Source: Rhodoferax sp.
GTDB taxonomy: Bacteria > Pseudomonadota > Gammaproteobacteria > Burkholderiales > Burkholderiaceae_C
Direction of reading: 5' to 3'
Assembly (NCBI GenBank): GCA_964201255.1
Contig: CAXNFT010000001.1
Coordinates: forward strand, 1-43,115
Length of the DNA: 43,115 nt
Shown here piece by piece: positions 27,893-36,884 of this stretch. The notes under the pieces were generated by a model. The model did no database searches. It was given only the letters and a program-made list of their open reading frames with translations, and had not been told where the DNA came from. Position 1 is the first letter of the stretch. Every line of letters begins with the position of its first letter. Both the position numbers and the translations under genes were made by a program.

Positions 27893-28953
27893 AGCCGACT
27901 CAGGGCTTCTTGCGCCACGGTGGTGTCGTACATGTCTTTGAAGGTCAGGGTGGAGGGCAGCGGCGCGGCGTTCATCGTCTTTTGCACTGTGTTCAAGAAG
28001 TCAACATTCGACTGGAAGAGGTTCTCCTTGGGCAATGGGTTCGAGAAGAAGATCTTGCTGTTGATGTCAAACGACGTGCTGGCAATTTCAGGCGGCAGGC
28101 CTTCAAACCACTTATCAGCCCAGGCGCGGAACTCGGGCGGGCTGGCGTTGATTTCCTTGAGCGCCATCGCCAGGCCCATGCAATAGCGCACCAGGGCTTC
28201 GCGGCGGTCTTTGTTGGCCAAGGCGGCCTCGCTGGTGGAGGCGATGATGTAGTTGTATTCCTTCAGCGTAGCGGGCGGGTTGAGCGCCATATTGAACAGG
28301 TAGCCGCAGTCGCGGTCCTTTACGGCCAGGTCCGACGTCGGGGAAGACAGGCAGAACCCATCAATGACGTTTTGCTGCAGCGCAGCCAGCATGCCGGGGC
28401 CGCCACCTTGCATGGGGACCAGGCGCAAATCGGTATTGGGGTCAAGCTTGACTTGCACTGCCAACCAGCGGAACAAAGCATCGGGTGCGGCACCGGGGCC
28501 GGTGGTGCCAAGTCGCAACCCTTTCAAGGCCGCGGCTTTGCGCTCAACCGGTGATTGCTCGGTGATGCCAAGACGTTTGAGCACAGCATTGGACAAAACG
28601 ACATTGCTGGCGTATTTGTTGACGGTGGAGACGAAAGACTTGATGGCCAGTTTTTCGCCACGCGCACGCGACGCTTCACCCGGGTCGCCCAGAACGATGT
28701 CGACCCCAGAGCCGGCCAGGGCCGCCACATTGGTGCCCCGGTTGGAGGCGTTGCTCACCACTTTGACGCGGGCCTTGTCAAAAAATCCACGGGAGTTGGC
28801 ATAGTCTTCGGCTGCCCACAGCCAGGATTTGGAGGTGGAGCGAAGCGTCTGGATCTCAGGCACGGTTTGGGCATACACCCGCGCAGGCAATATGGACGAT
28901 ACCCCCAAGGCGGTGGTGGCTGCGATGACGGTTCTACGGTTCAGTTGGCTCAT
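27889..28953 (-). CDS. NMT1/SsuA-like ABC substrate-binding protein, Tat-like signal
   Basis: NRRTVI signal; LKG.RLG.T.PG; first gene of the ABC operon. Confidence 0.85.
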   Translation of the reverse strand: MSQLNRRTVIAATTALGVSSILPARVYAQTVPEIQTLRSTSKSWLWAAEDYANSRGFFDKARVKVVSNASNRGTNVAALAGSGVDIVLGDPGEASRARGEKLAIKSFVSTVNKYASNVVLSNAVLKRLGITEQSPVERKAAALKGLRLGTTGPGAAPDALFRWLAVQVKLDPNTDLRLVPMQGGGPGMLAALQQNVIDGFCLSSPTSDLAVKDRDCGYLFNMALNPPATLKEYNYIIASTSEAALANKDRREALVRYCMGLAMALKEINASPPEFRAWADKWFEGLPPEIASTSFDINSKIFFSNPLPKENLFQSNVDFLNTVQKTMNAAPLPSTLTFKDMYDTTVAQEALSRL

Positions 28954-29051
28954 TCAATCACTCCATGTGGACAGGGTTGGCAATTGTTCTAATATAGAGA
29001 CAACTGAACATTTTGACAATCTGGTGAACCCCAACATGTGCAAAAGATTTC

Positions 29052-30692
29052 ATGTCGGCCCTTGAAAAACCGGCCGACTACGTGGTGGTGGGGGCCGGCC
29101 CGGCTGGCTGTGTGCTGGCGGCTCGGCTCAGCGAAGACCCCGATTGCCAGGTGCTGCTGATAGAGGCTGGCGGGCGTGACTGGAACCCGCTGCTGGGTGT
29201 GCCCCTGATGACGGGCCTGATTCTGCGATCGGCCTACGCCAATTGGTCCTATGTCACCGAGCCTGAGCCCCAGCTCAATGGCCGCCGTACCCAATGGGCT
29301 CGGGGCAAGGTACTGGGCGGTTCCTCCAGCATTCACGGCATGGTCTACATGCGGGGCTTGCCCATCGACTTTGCCGACTGGGCGGCCCGGGGCTTGACCG
29401 GCTGGTCCTATGACGAGGTATTACCTTACTTCTTGCGCAGTGAAAACTCCCACCGCGGGGGTGGTGCCTTCCATGCCACCGGCGGCCCCTTGACGGTGTC
29501 TGCCGGCCGGCTGGACAACCCCTTGTTTCAAGTCTATTTGCAAGCCGCACAGCAGGCTGGGCACCCCAAAAGTGATGACTTTGCCGGCCCCATGCCCCAC
29601 GGCGCCGGGGCTTACGACTTCACCATCCGCAATGGCCGGCGCGTCAGTGCCGCCAGCGCTTTTTTGCGCCAGGCGCAACGCCGCCCAAACCTTCGCGTGC
29701 TCACGCAGGCACAAGCCTTGTGCTTGAACTGGGACGCCAACGACCGTGTCCAGGGCGTCGACGTCTTACACCGCGGTAAAAAAGTCGCCTTGCGGGCTGA
29801 GCGGGAGGTGTTGCTTTGCGGCGGTGCGGTCAATTCACCACAACTGCTGATGCTCTCGGGCATTGGGCCGGCAGCCGTGCTGCGGGCCCAGGGTTTGCAG
29901 GTCCGCGCGGACCTGCCCGGCGTGGGGCAGGGCTTGCAAGACCACCTGCTGGTCCGGGTGGAGCACCGCGCCCTGGGCGGCGTCACGCTGGACCGGCTGC
30001 GCCGTGTTGATCTGGCGGCCTGGGCCTTGTTCAAGGCGATGGTATGGGGCACTGGCCCGGCCACCAGTTTCCCGCTGGAGGTGGGCGGCCTCTACAAGTC
30101 GTCGCCCGACCTGGCGCAACCTGATTTGCAGTCGCATTTTCTTCCAGCGCTCTCCAGCGCGGCCCTGCGTTTGCCCTATTTCTCCAAGGTGCTGCCGCAA
30201 GACCGGGGCGCAGGGTTTTTTGCAAATGTGTTCCAGTTGCGGCCCGAGTCCACGGGGGCGATTGAGCTGGCCTCGCCCGACCCGCTGGCGCACCCGCGCA
30301 TTCGGCCCGGCTACCTTAGCGCCCCGCAAGACTTGGTGGTGCTGCGCGAGGGCGTCAAGCGCTTACGCGAGATCTTTCGCCAGCCCGCTTTCAACGCCTG
30401 GCGCGGTGTGGAATTGGCGCCAGGCCCCACCGTGCAAAGTGATGCGGACATCGAGGCCTGGATCCGCGCCACCGCCGACACCGTGTACCACCCAACGTCC
30501 AGTTGCCGAATGGGGGGCACAGCCGACCCGATGGCGGTGCTGGACAACCAGTGCCGGGTACGCGGGGTGGCGGGCCTGCGGGTGGTGGACGCTTCGTCTT
30601 TGCCGCGCGTCACCAGCGGCAACACGGCGGCGCCGGTGTACATGCTGGCCGAGCGCATCGCCGATGTGTTGCGCGGCCGGCTCAGCCTTTAG
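29052..30692 (+). CDS. GMC oxidoreductase (choline dehydrogenase-like)
   Basis: GAGPAG, RGKVLGGSS, GAVNSPQLLMLSGIG, VYHP, SGNT. Confidence 0.93.
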   Translation: MSALEKPADYVVVGAGPAGCVLAARLSEDPDCQVLLIEAGGRDWNPLLGVPLMTGLILRSAYANWSYVTEPEPQLNGRRTQWARGKVLGGSSSIHGMVYMRGLPIDFADWAARGLTGWSYDEVLPYFLRSENSHRGGGAFHATGGPLTVSAGRLDNPLFQVYLQAAQQAGHPKSDDFAGPMPHGAGAYDFTIRNGRRVSAASAFLRQAQRRPNLRVLTQAQALCLNWDANDRVQGVDVLHRGKKVALRAEREVLLCGGAVNSPQLLMLSGIGPAAVLRAQGLQVRADLPGVGQGLQDHLLVRVEHRALGGVTLDRLRRVDLAAWALFKAMVWGTGPATSFPLEVGGLYKSSPDLAQPDLQSHFLPALSSAALRLPYFSKVLPQDRGAGFFANVFQLRPESTGAIELASPDPLAHPRIRPGYLSAPQDLVVLREGVKRLREIFRQPAFNAWRGVELAPGPTVQSDADIEAWIRATADTVYHPTSSCRMGGTADPMAVLDNQCRVRGVAGLRVVDASSLPRVTSGNTAAPVYMLAERIADVLRGRLSL

Positions 30693-31389
30693 GCTTGGCC
30701 GATGCCTCGTCGTAACCACCCTGGCCCCGCAGGTTCGCCCAGCTTGCAAATGCTGGCGAGGCGTTGACATGGCCAGCACGAATCGCCTCCATCCAGACGC
30801 GCGCGGCCTCGACAAAATAGGGCACGCTGCCAGGGAACATCATCAAGGTCAAGGCCTCGGCCAGGTCCATCTCATCCACTTGGCTGGCATAAGCTGCCAT
30901 CAGGGCGTGTTGCAGCCAATCCAAGTGGCCCAGTGCCGCGTGCACGCTGCAGGCGCACAGCCAGATGTCGCGGCGCGACAGCGGCTGGCCGGCGTGTTCG
31001 ACCGCGTCCCGGTACGCAGCCACGATGTCGATAGAGGGCAAATGTGGCATCCAGTGGTTTTGAACAAAACTGTAGGCCGTCACGCCCTTCAGCGATGCGG
31101 TCAGCTGCAACACGGCCTTGATCTCGGCGTCGCTGCCGCCACCCTCGTAAAACCGGGCAATGTGGTGCGTGGCCAAGGCTTCATCGCAGGCCACCAAAAT
31201 AGCCAGCCAGACCAGCTCGCGGTCTCGCACCGACAAGGTTTTGTGGTCCAGCGCCAGCGCCGTGTACAACTGGTCATAGGCCTGCAGCATGGCGGGCGAG
31301 GTGATCGCCAACAAACCATGGTGCGGCAACAGGTAGCCCCGTTTGGCTTTCACGCCAGCCAGCCGTTGGGTGAGTTCTTCCGGGCTCAT
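30682..31389 (-). CDS. Carboxymuconolactone decarboxylase/AhpD-like protein (two repeats)
   Basis: L..RDRELVWLA..., H...FYEGGGSDAEI; second repeat L..RDIWLCA...AYA...DEMDLAEAL; no CxxC. Confidence 0.7.
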   Translation of the reverse strand: MSPEELTQRLAGVKAKRGYLLPHHGLLAITSPAMLQAYDQLYTALALDHKTLSVRDRELVWLAILVACDEALATHHIARFYEGGGSDAEIKAVLQLTASLKGVTAYSFVQNHWMPHLPSIDIVAAYRDAVEHAGQPLSRRDIWLCACSVHAALGHLDWLQHALMAAYASQVDEMDLAEALTLMMFPGSVPYFVEAARVWMEAIRAGHVNASPAFASWANLRGQGGYDEASAKPKG

Positions 31390-31417
31390 GGTGGACTTTC
31401 TTGTGAATCGATGTGAC

Positions 31418-33403
31418 ATGCCTGATACCAATGCCTACCCGTTGCTTTTTTCACCACACCAGGTGGGCGCCTGGCGCCTAAAGAACCGCATTGTCCACGC
31501 ATCAATGTCTTTGCGGTACTCGGCCGCAGACGGCATGCACCCGCGCTATCACCAGTATTACCTGAACCGTGCGCGCGGCGGGGCTGCCCTGGTTATCACC
31601 GACCCGGTGGGGTTCTTGCCAATCCACGGCCCAGAACGGGTGTGCGCCTGGAACGACTCAATGGCCGATGATTTGTGCCGTTTTGCCCAAGCCATTCGCG
31701 AACAGGACTGCCATCTGCTGGCCCAGATTCAAGACAACGGCCGGGCCAGGCGCGTGCCCGGCCGGGTCAACGGCCTTCGTGGGGCGTCTGCCTTGCCAGA
31801 CGATCTGTTCTACGCCATGCCAGAGGAGCTGACGCCACCCGAGCTGGCGGCATTTGTAGAAGCTGCTGCAACCGCCGCCCGGCGCTTGCAGCGTTGCGGT
31901 TACAGCGGCGTCGAGGTTTCAGCGGGGCACGGTCACCTATTTCATCAGTTTTTGTCGCCGCACACCAACCTGCGCGAGGACGGCTACGGGAGCACTCTGG
32001 CCGGCCGCAGCCGCTTGCTGGTGGAAGTCTGCCAGGCCATTCGACAAGTCTGCGGTGACGGCTTCATGCTGGCGGTGAAGTTGCCCGGCGATGATGGCCT
32101 GCGAGATGGCGTGAACCCCCAACTGGCGGCAGAAATTACAAGCCACCTGGTGGCACAGGTCAAGGTTGACTTGCTGTCCTATGCACAGGGCACACACCAC
32201 CACACGCTGGAGATGCACCTGCCTGATGACAGCTACCCGCGGCTGCCCTTCATGCCCTTGATCCGGCGCCTGAAGGCGTTGACCCCGCAAGTCCCGGTCA
32301 TGGCGCTGGGGCGCATCACTGACCCGGCCGAAGCCGAGGGCATTTTGACGCGCGGCGACGCTGAGCTGGTGGGCTTGGCGCGGGCCCTGGTCACCGACCC
32401 TGCGTGGCCGCTTAAGGCGCAGCGGGGCATGGCGCGCAACATCCGCTACTGTGTGTCCTGCAACTCGTGCTGGGGCACCATCATCCAGGGGCTGCCGCTC
32501 GCCTGCGACAACAACCCGCGCGTGGCGCATGCCAATGAGCTCGATGCCGCCCTGCCAGCCGCCGAGCAGCCAAAACGCATCGCGGTGGTTGGGGCCGGTA
32601 TTGCGGGTCTGGAAGCGGCGATGACCGCCGCCCAGCGTGGACACCAGGTGACGGTGTGGGGGCAGGGGGCGCTGCCCGGTGGCAAAGCGCAACTGCAGTC
32701 GCGCCTGCCCATCAGTGAATCGCTGTCCAGCATTGCCGACTACCAGTTGATGCAGCTGCAGCAGCTGGGCGTCGATCTGCGGCTGGGCCAGGAGGTCACC
32801 GCCGAAGAGGTGCTGGCCACGCAACCCCAGGCTGTGGTGCTGGCCACCGGGGCCACTATGGTCTGGCCGCAGGCTTTGCCCGGCCACTTGCGCGACGAGG
32901 GCTGGGTGCTAGACCTGCGCGAGGTGGCAGCGGCGCTGCTTGACCGCCCGGGCACTCAGGCCGGCGTGGCTGTACTGTACGACCTGGATCAGACTGCCGG
33001 CACCTACGCCGCAGCCGAATGGTTGAAAGACAAGTTTGAACGGGTGGTGATTTTGTGTGGCCGTGAATCGGTGGCGCAGGACGTGCCCCTGGTGGTGCGC
33101 CAGCGCATTCAGCGCCGGTGCGCTGAACGCGGCATCGAGATGCTGACTCAGGTCGAGCCGGTCTGGACCGATCTGATGGAAGAAGAAGGGCGCCTGGCCT
33201 ACCGGAGCATCTTCTGCGACACGCTGCGCTACATTGACCAGGTGGCCCTGATCACCTATGCCACCCCCCGCAAGCCCAACCTGGCCCTGTGGCCGGCCTT
33301 GCGTGCCAGCGGTGTGGCGGTGCACCGCATTGGCGACTGCCTGCTGGCGCGGGACCCCATGGCGGCGACTGCGGAGGGCCACGCCATCGGCATGGCCCTC
33401 TAA
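31418..33403 (+). CDS. NADH:flavin oxidoreductase (OYE TIM barrel + Fe-S + Rossmann; DCR/TMADH-like)
   Basis: LKNRIVH, RARGGA, QFLSP.TN.R.D.YG, CVSCNSC...C, GAGIAGLEAA. Confidence 0.9.
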   Translation: MPDTNAYPLLFSPHQVGAWRLKNRIVHASMSLRYSAADGMHPRYHQYYLNRARGGAALVITDPVGFLPIHGPERVCAWNDSMADDLCRFAQAIREQDCHLLAQIQDNGRARRVPGRVNGLRGASALPDDLFYAMPEELTPPELAAFVEAAATAARRLQRCGYSGVEVSAGHGHLFHQFLSPHTNLREDGYGSTLAGRSRLLVEVCQAIRQVCGDGFMLAVKLPGDDGLRDGVNPQLAAEITSHLVAQVKVDLLSYAQGTHHHTLEMHLPDDSYPRLPFMPLIRRLKALTPQVPVMALGRITDPAEAEGILTRGDAELVGLARALVTDPAWPLKAQRGMARNIRYCVSCNSCWGTIIQGLPLACDNNPRVAHANELDAALPAAEQPKRIAVVGAGIAGLEAAMTAAQRGHQVTVWGQGALPGGKAQLQSRLPISESLSSIADYQLMQLQQLGVDLRLGQEVTAEEVLATQPQAVVLATGATMVWPQALPGHLRDEGWVLDLREVAAALLDRPGTQAGVAVLYDLDQTAGTYAAAEWLKDKFERVVILCGRESVAQDVPLVVRQRIQRRCAERGIEMLTQVEPVWTDLMEEEGRLAYRSIFCDTLRYIDQVALITYATPRKPNLALWPALRASGVAVHRIGDCLLARDPMAATAEGHAIGMAL

Positions 33404-33423
33404 TCGGCCAGCATAATAAATTT

Positions 33424-33510
33424 CACCGCCCCAAGGGGCGGTGTATTGGGTTCCCTGAGTCCAAAGAAGGGACGTCCCAAGGGGCGGGGAATATACCCGC
33501 CGTGATTCAA
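33424..33510. repeat. REP/MITE-like hairpin element
   Basis: CACCGCCCC-AA-GGGGCGGTG (33424-33443); CCCAAGGGGCGG repeated at 33430 and 33476. Confidence 0.55.
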
Positions 33511-33564
33511 TTTTAATAGCAACTAATGCTTATCCCATAAGGGCTAGAGGCCGATTTGATCTAT
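33511..33564. repeat. Comamonadaceae-type intergenic repeat (AATAGC...CATAAGGGCTAGAGGCCGATTTGA)
   Basis: Resembles, from recall, a widespread Comamonadaceae intergenic motif; not verified by search. Confidence 0.5.
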
Positions 33565-33662
33565 ATGTTCAGGGCTGTTCACGCACCTCGGCGAGCAGTT
33601 CCGGGTGGCGATCTAGCACCCTGACTAAGATGTGTTCTTTTACCCACCCACCAAGGACCGCC

Positions 33663-34538
33663 ATGCTCGCCCACCTGCGCAACACCGAGATCTACTTTGA
33701 CATCGACGGCATGGGCCTGGTGCCCGATGGCCCGCGCATGCGCGAGAAGCCGGCGGCCTTTGTCATCCATGGCGGCCCGGGTGGCGAGCACAGCGACCTG
33801 AAGGCTGGCTTTGGCCCACTGGCCGACCAGCTGCAGCTGGTTTATTTTGACCACCGGGGCCAGGGCCGCTCAGCGCGCGGCGATGTGCAGCTTTACAACC
33901 TGGACGAAAACGTGGAAGACATGGAGGCGCTGCGCCGGCACCTGGGGTTGGGGCCGATTGTGAGCATGGGCACCAGCTACGGCGGCATGGTGGCCATGGC
34001 GCACGCGGCGCGCTACCCGCAGTCGGTGTCGCACCTGGTGCTGATGGTGACGGCGGCGCACGCCGGCTTCAATGCCCGGGCGCGGCAAATCGTCGCCGAG
34101 CGTGGCACGCCCGAGCAAGTGGCGGTATGCGGCGACCTATGGGCCGGCAAACTGGACACGGCCGACAAGATGCGCCATTACTACGCGGTGATGGGGCCGA
34201 TGTACGCGCTGAAGTACGACGCGACAGCGGCTGAGCAAGGCAGGGCGCGCGGCATCGTTTCGCCCGAAGCGATGGCACAGGCCTTTGCACCGGGCGGCTT
34301 CTTGCAGACCTTTGATTTGCGTCCCGAACTGTCACGCATCACCGCGCCCACGCTAATCCTGGCAGGCCAGCAAGACTGGATTTGCCCGCCCGAGTTTTCT
34401 GAAGAAATCCACCGGCTGATCCCTGGCTCGCAGCTGCAGGTGCTGGCCAACAGCAGCCATTCGCTGCGGGTGGATGTGCCCGAGGCCATGCGGGCCGCCA
34501 TCAGCACATTTGTGACACACGCCACCCCGCGCGGTTGA
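33663..34538 (+). CDS. Alpha/beta hydrolase (proline iminopeptidase-like)
   Basis: HGGPG, DHRGQGRS, GTSYGG, G.QD, SSH. Confidence 0.9.
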   Translation: MLAHLRNTEIYFDIDGMGLVPDGPRMREKPAAFVIHGGPGGEHSDLKAGFGPLADQLQLVYFDHRGQGRSARGDVQLYNLDENVEDMEALRRHLGLGPIVSMGTSYGGMVAMAHAARYPQSVSHLVLMVTAAHAGFNARARQIVAERGTPEQVAVCGDLWAGKLDTADKMRHYYAVMGPMYALKYDATAAEQGRARGIVSPEAMAQAFAPGGFLQTFDLRPELSRITAPTLILAGQQDWICPPEFSEEIHRLIPGSQLQVLANSSHSLRVDVPEAMRAAISTFVTHATPRG

Positions 34539-34550
34539 AGCGGCCACGTC

Positions 34551-35456
34551 ATGAGCCTGCAGAACTTTGTCATCAGCACCCTGATGCGCTTAGCCCAGCG
34601 CACCAGTGCCAAGCTAAGTGCCGAACAACGCTTTCGGCGTAACCGCCGCTTTCTGGCCACAGACCGGAGCAAACCCGGGCCGGCGGTGCAGATCAAGCCA
34701 GAGCAGTTGGCCGGCCTGCCGGTGGAGTGGGTGACGCCACGCAACCTGACGCAGCCCGACACAGCGCCGATCTGTCTGTACCTGCACGGCGGCGCGTTTG
34801 TGATGGGCGGGCTCAACAGCCACCGTGACCTGGCAGCCCAGTTGGCACAGCGGGCGCAGATCCGGCTGCTGATGGTGGACTATCGACTGGCGCCCGAGCA
34901 CCCGTTTCCAGCAGCACTGGACGACGCCTTGGCGGTGTACCGCGCGCTGCTGGCAAAAGGTATATCGGCGCAGCGCCTGGTGCTGGGCGGCGACAGCGCC
35001 GGCGGCAACCTGGCGCTCGGCACGGCGCAGGCCATCCAGGCCCTGGGTCTGCCGCTGCCGGCCGCCCTGGTGCTATTTTCACCCTGGCTGAATTTGACGG
35101 ACCACGGCCCGTCGCGCCAGGCCAATGCCGCTACGGATGTGATGTTGTCGCAGCAGCTGCTGGACGAGGCCGCCGCCCTGTACGCACCCGGCATGACGCT
35201 CGACGATGCCCGGCTGTCGCCGCTGTTTGGCTCGTTGGCCGGCCTGCCGCCCTGCCTGCTGATTGCCAGCCGCGCCGAAATATTGGTTAACGATTCCCGG
35301 CAGCTGCAGCAGCAGATGCTGGCCGCGGGCGGCCAGGTTGAACTGCTGGAATGGGCCAACACCCCGCACGCCTTCCCCGTAATAGCGCGCTACCTGCCGG
35401 AGGGCCGGGCCGCGCTGGATCAGACGGCGCGGTTTATCCGGCAGTGGCTGACGTAG
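34551..35456 (+). CDS. HSL-family esterase
   Basis: HGGAF, DYRLAPEHPFPAA, GDSAGG, PHAF. Confidence 0.92.
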   Translation: MSLQNFVISTLMRLAQRTSAKLSAEQRFRRNRRFLATDRSKPGPAVQIKPEQLAGLPVEWVTPRNLTQPDTAPICLYLHGGAFVMGGLNSHRDLAAQLAQRAQIRLLMVDYRLAPEHPFPAALDDALAVYRALLAKGISAQRLVLGGDSAGGNLALGTAQAIQALGLPLPAALVLFSPWLNLTDHGPSRQANAATDVMLSQQLLDEAAALYAPGMTLDDARLSPLFGSLAGLPPCLLIASRAEILVNDSRQLQQQMLAAGGQVELLEWANTPHAFPVIARYLPEGRAALDQTARFIRQWLT

Positions 35457-35489
35457 GCTAGGGGTTGCCTCGCGGCCATGCCGGAAACG

Positions 35490-36680
35490 TCAGACAGATA
35501 TGGCCGCCGCGCCCTCGAGCAGTGCGCGCGCAGGCAACAAGGCCCACAGCGGCACGGCTTCGACACGGTCGCTCAGGCGATAGCGATGACGGCCCGGGTA
35601 CACCACGTAGAGCGCGTCGAGCTTCAAGTCGTCCAGGGCAATCCGCATGCTGGTGGTAATACGGGGTGCGTCGGCACGTTTGAACTCGACCCCAATGCGC
35701 TGTTGGCCGCGCAGCATCAGCAGGTCTAGCTCCGCACCCTGGTGGGTGGCCCAGAAAAATGCCTCATCGGGACGTGCCAGGCGCAGCACCTGCTCCAGCG
35801 CAAATCCCTCCCAGCTCGCGCCGTGGTGCGGGTGTGCCAACAAGTCGTCGCGGGTGCGGACGCCCATCAAGGCGTGCAGCAGCCCGGTGTCGCGAAAGTA
35901 AATTTTGGGCGCCTTGACCTGCCGTTTGCCCAGATTCTCGTGCCAGGGCTGGACCTGGCGCACCATCAGGGTCTGGGTCAGAGTGTCAAGATAGCGGCGG
36001 ATGGTGGGCTCCGACACCCCCATCGATTGAGCAAACGGCGCGGCCGACCAGATTTGCCCATGGTAATGTGCCAGCATGGTCCAGAACCGCAGCATCGCGG
36101 GCGCCGCAATGTTGATGCCAAATTGGGGCATGTCTACCCGCACATGATCGGCCACAGCATTCATGCGCCAGGCAAAGCTGTCCTGGTCGTTGGCAGCCAG
36201 ATAAGCGCGCGGAAAACCGCCGCGCAGCCAGTGTTGCTGCACCAGCGTATCGCTGCAGTCGCCCTCGGCGTTGCTCAACTCGGCCAGGTCGAAACCCGCG
36301 ACCTCCAGCGTTTCGACACGCCCCAGCAGGGACTCGCCGGCCTGTCGCATCAGGGCTGGGGCCGCACTGCCCAGCAGCAAAAACTGCCCCGGTCGGTCCG
36401 AACGGTCCATCAGGGTGCGCAACAAGGGGAACAGGCCGGGCCGCAGCTGCACCTCGTCGATGACCACCAGCCCGGCCAGCGGCTCCAGCGTTTGCGTGGC
36501 CTGTTCAAGCCGCTGCGCATGGGGGGGGTATTCCAGGTCGAAGTAGTTGGCGCTTTCGCGAGGCAGGATCTGCTGGGCCAGGGTGGTTTTGCCAGATTGG
36601 CGAGGGCCCAACAAGACCACACCACGCGAGCGGCCCAATGCTGTACGCAGGGCCAACTCGATTGAATGGCGTTTGATCAT
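35490..36680 (-). CDS. AAA ATPase with DUF4143 (C-terminal PD-(D/E)xK-like region)
   Basis: GPRQSGKT, IDEVQ, LLGS, ESLLGR, GGFP, PKIYFRDTGL, ELDL...VEFK. Confidence 0.9.
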   Translation of the reverse strand: MIKRHSIELALRTALGRSRGVVLLGPRQSGKTTLAQQILPRESANYFDLEYPPHAQRLEQATQTLEPLAGLVVIDEVQLRPGLFPLLRTLMDRSDRPGQFLLLGSAAPALMRQAGESLLGRVETLEVAGFDLAELSNAEGDCSDTLVQQHWLRGGFPRAYLAANDQDSFAWRMNAVADHVRVDMPQFGINIAAPAMLRFWTMLAHYHGQIWSAAPFAQSMGVSEPTIRRYLDTLTQTLMVRQVQPWHENLGKRQVKAPKIYFRDTGLLHALMGVRTRDDLLAHPHHGASWEGFALEQVLRLARPDEAFFWATHQGAELDLLMLRGQQRIGVEFKRADAPRITTSMRIALDDLKLDALYVVYPGRHRYRLSDRVEAVPLWALLPARALLEGAAAISV

Positions 36681-36686
36681 GCCAGA

Positions 36687-36738
36687 ATGATATGACATTT
36701 ACCATGAAATTCCAACTTGCCACATTCGAATTTCATGG
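36687..36738 (-). promoter_or_regulatory. Promoter with overlapping inverted repeat for the ATPase gene, probably leaderless
   Basis: TTGGAA-17 bp-TATCAT, 6 nt before the ATG; CCATGAAATTC-N15-GAATTTCATGG (36702-36738). Confidence 0.6.
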
Positions 36739-36765
36739 AGATCACCAGATCGACAGCGACTGCCC

Positions 36766-36880
36766 CTGCTCAGCGCATCTGCGCGCCCGCATACTAATCG
36801 AGCCGCACAAACCACCATAGCGACAGCACGCTGACCAGGCCGACGACGATGAACGCGGGGGAAAAGTCCCCGGGCTGCAG
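36766..36880 (-). pseudogene. Duplicated 3' end of the MFS gene (115-bp direct repeat of 39180-39294)
   Basis: 107/115 identical by manual alignment; contains an in-frame TAG. Confidence 0.92.
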
Positions 36881-36884
36881 GCCC

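Noticed and set aside
28954-29051. Possible IclR/GntR-type operator in the divergent ABC/GMC intergenic region
   Set aside because: Symmetry is weak and no cognate regulator is nearby
29863-31416. 517-aa alternative-frame ORF and other long shadow ORFs (9515-10546, 11046-12029, 22719-23759, 39313-40314)
   Set aside because: They overlap well-supported genes, have no recognisable motifs and are expected in GC-rich DNA
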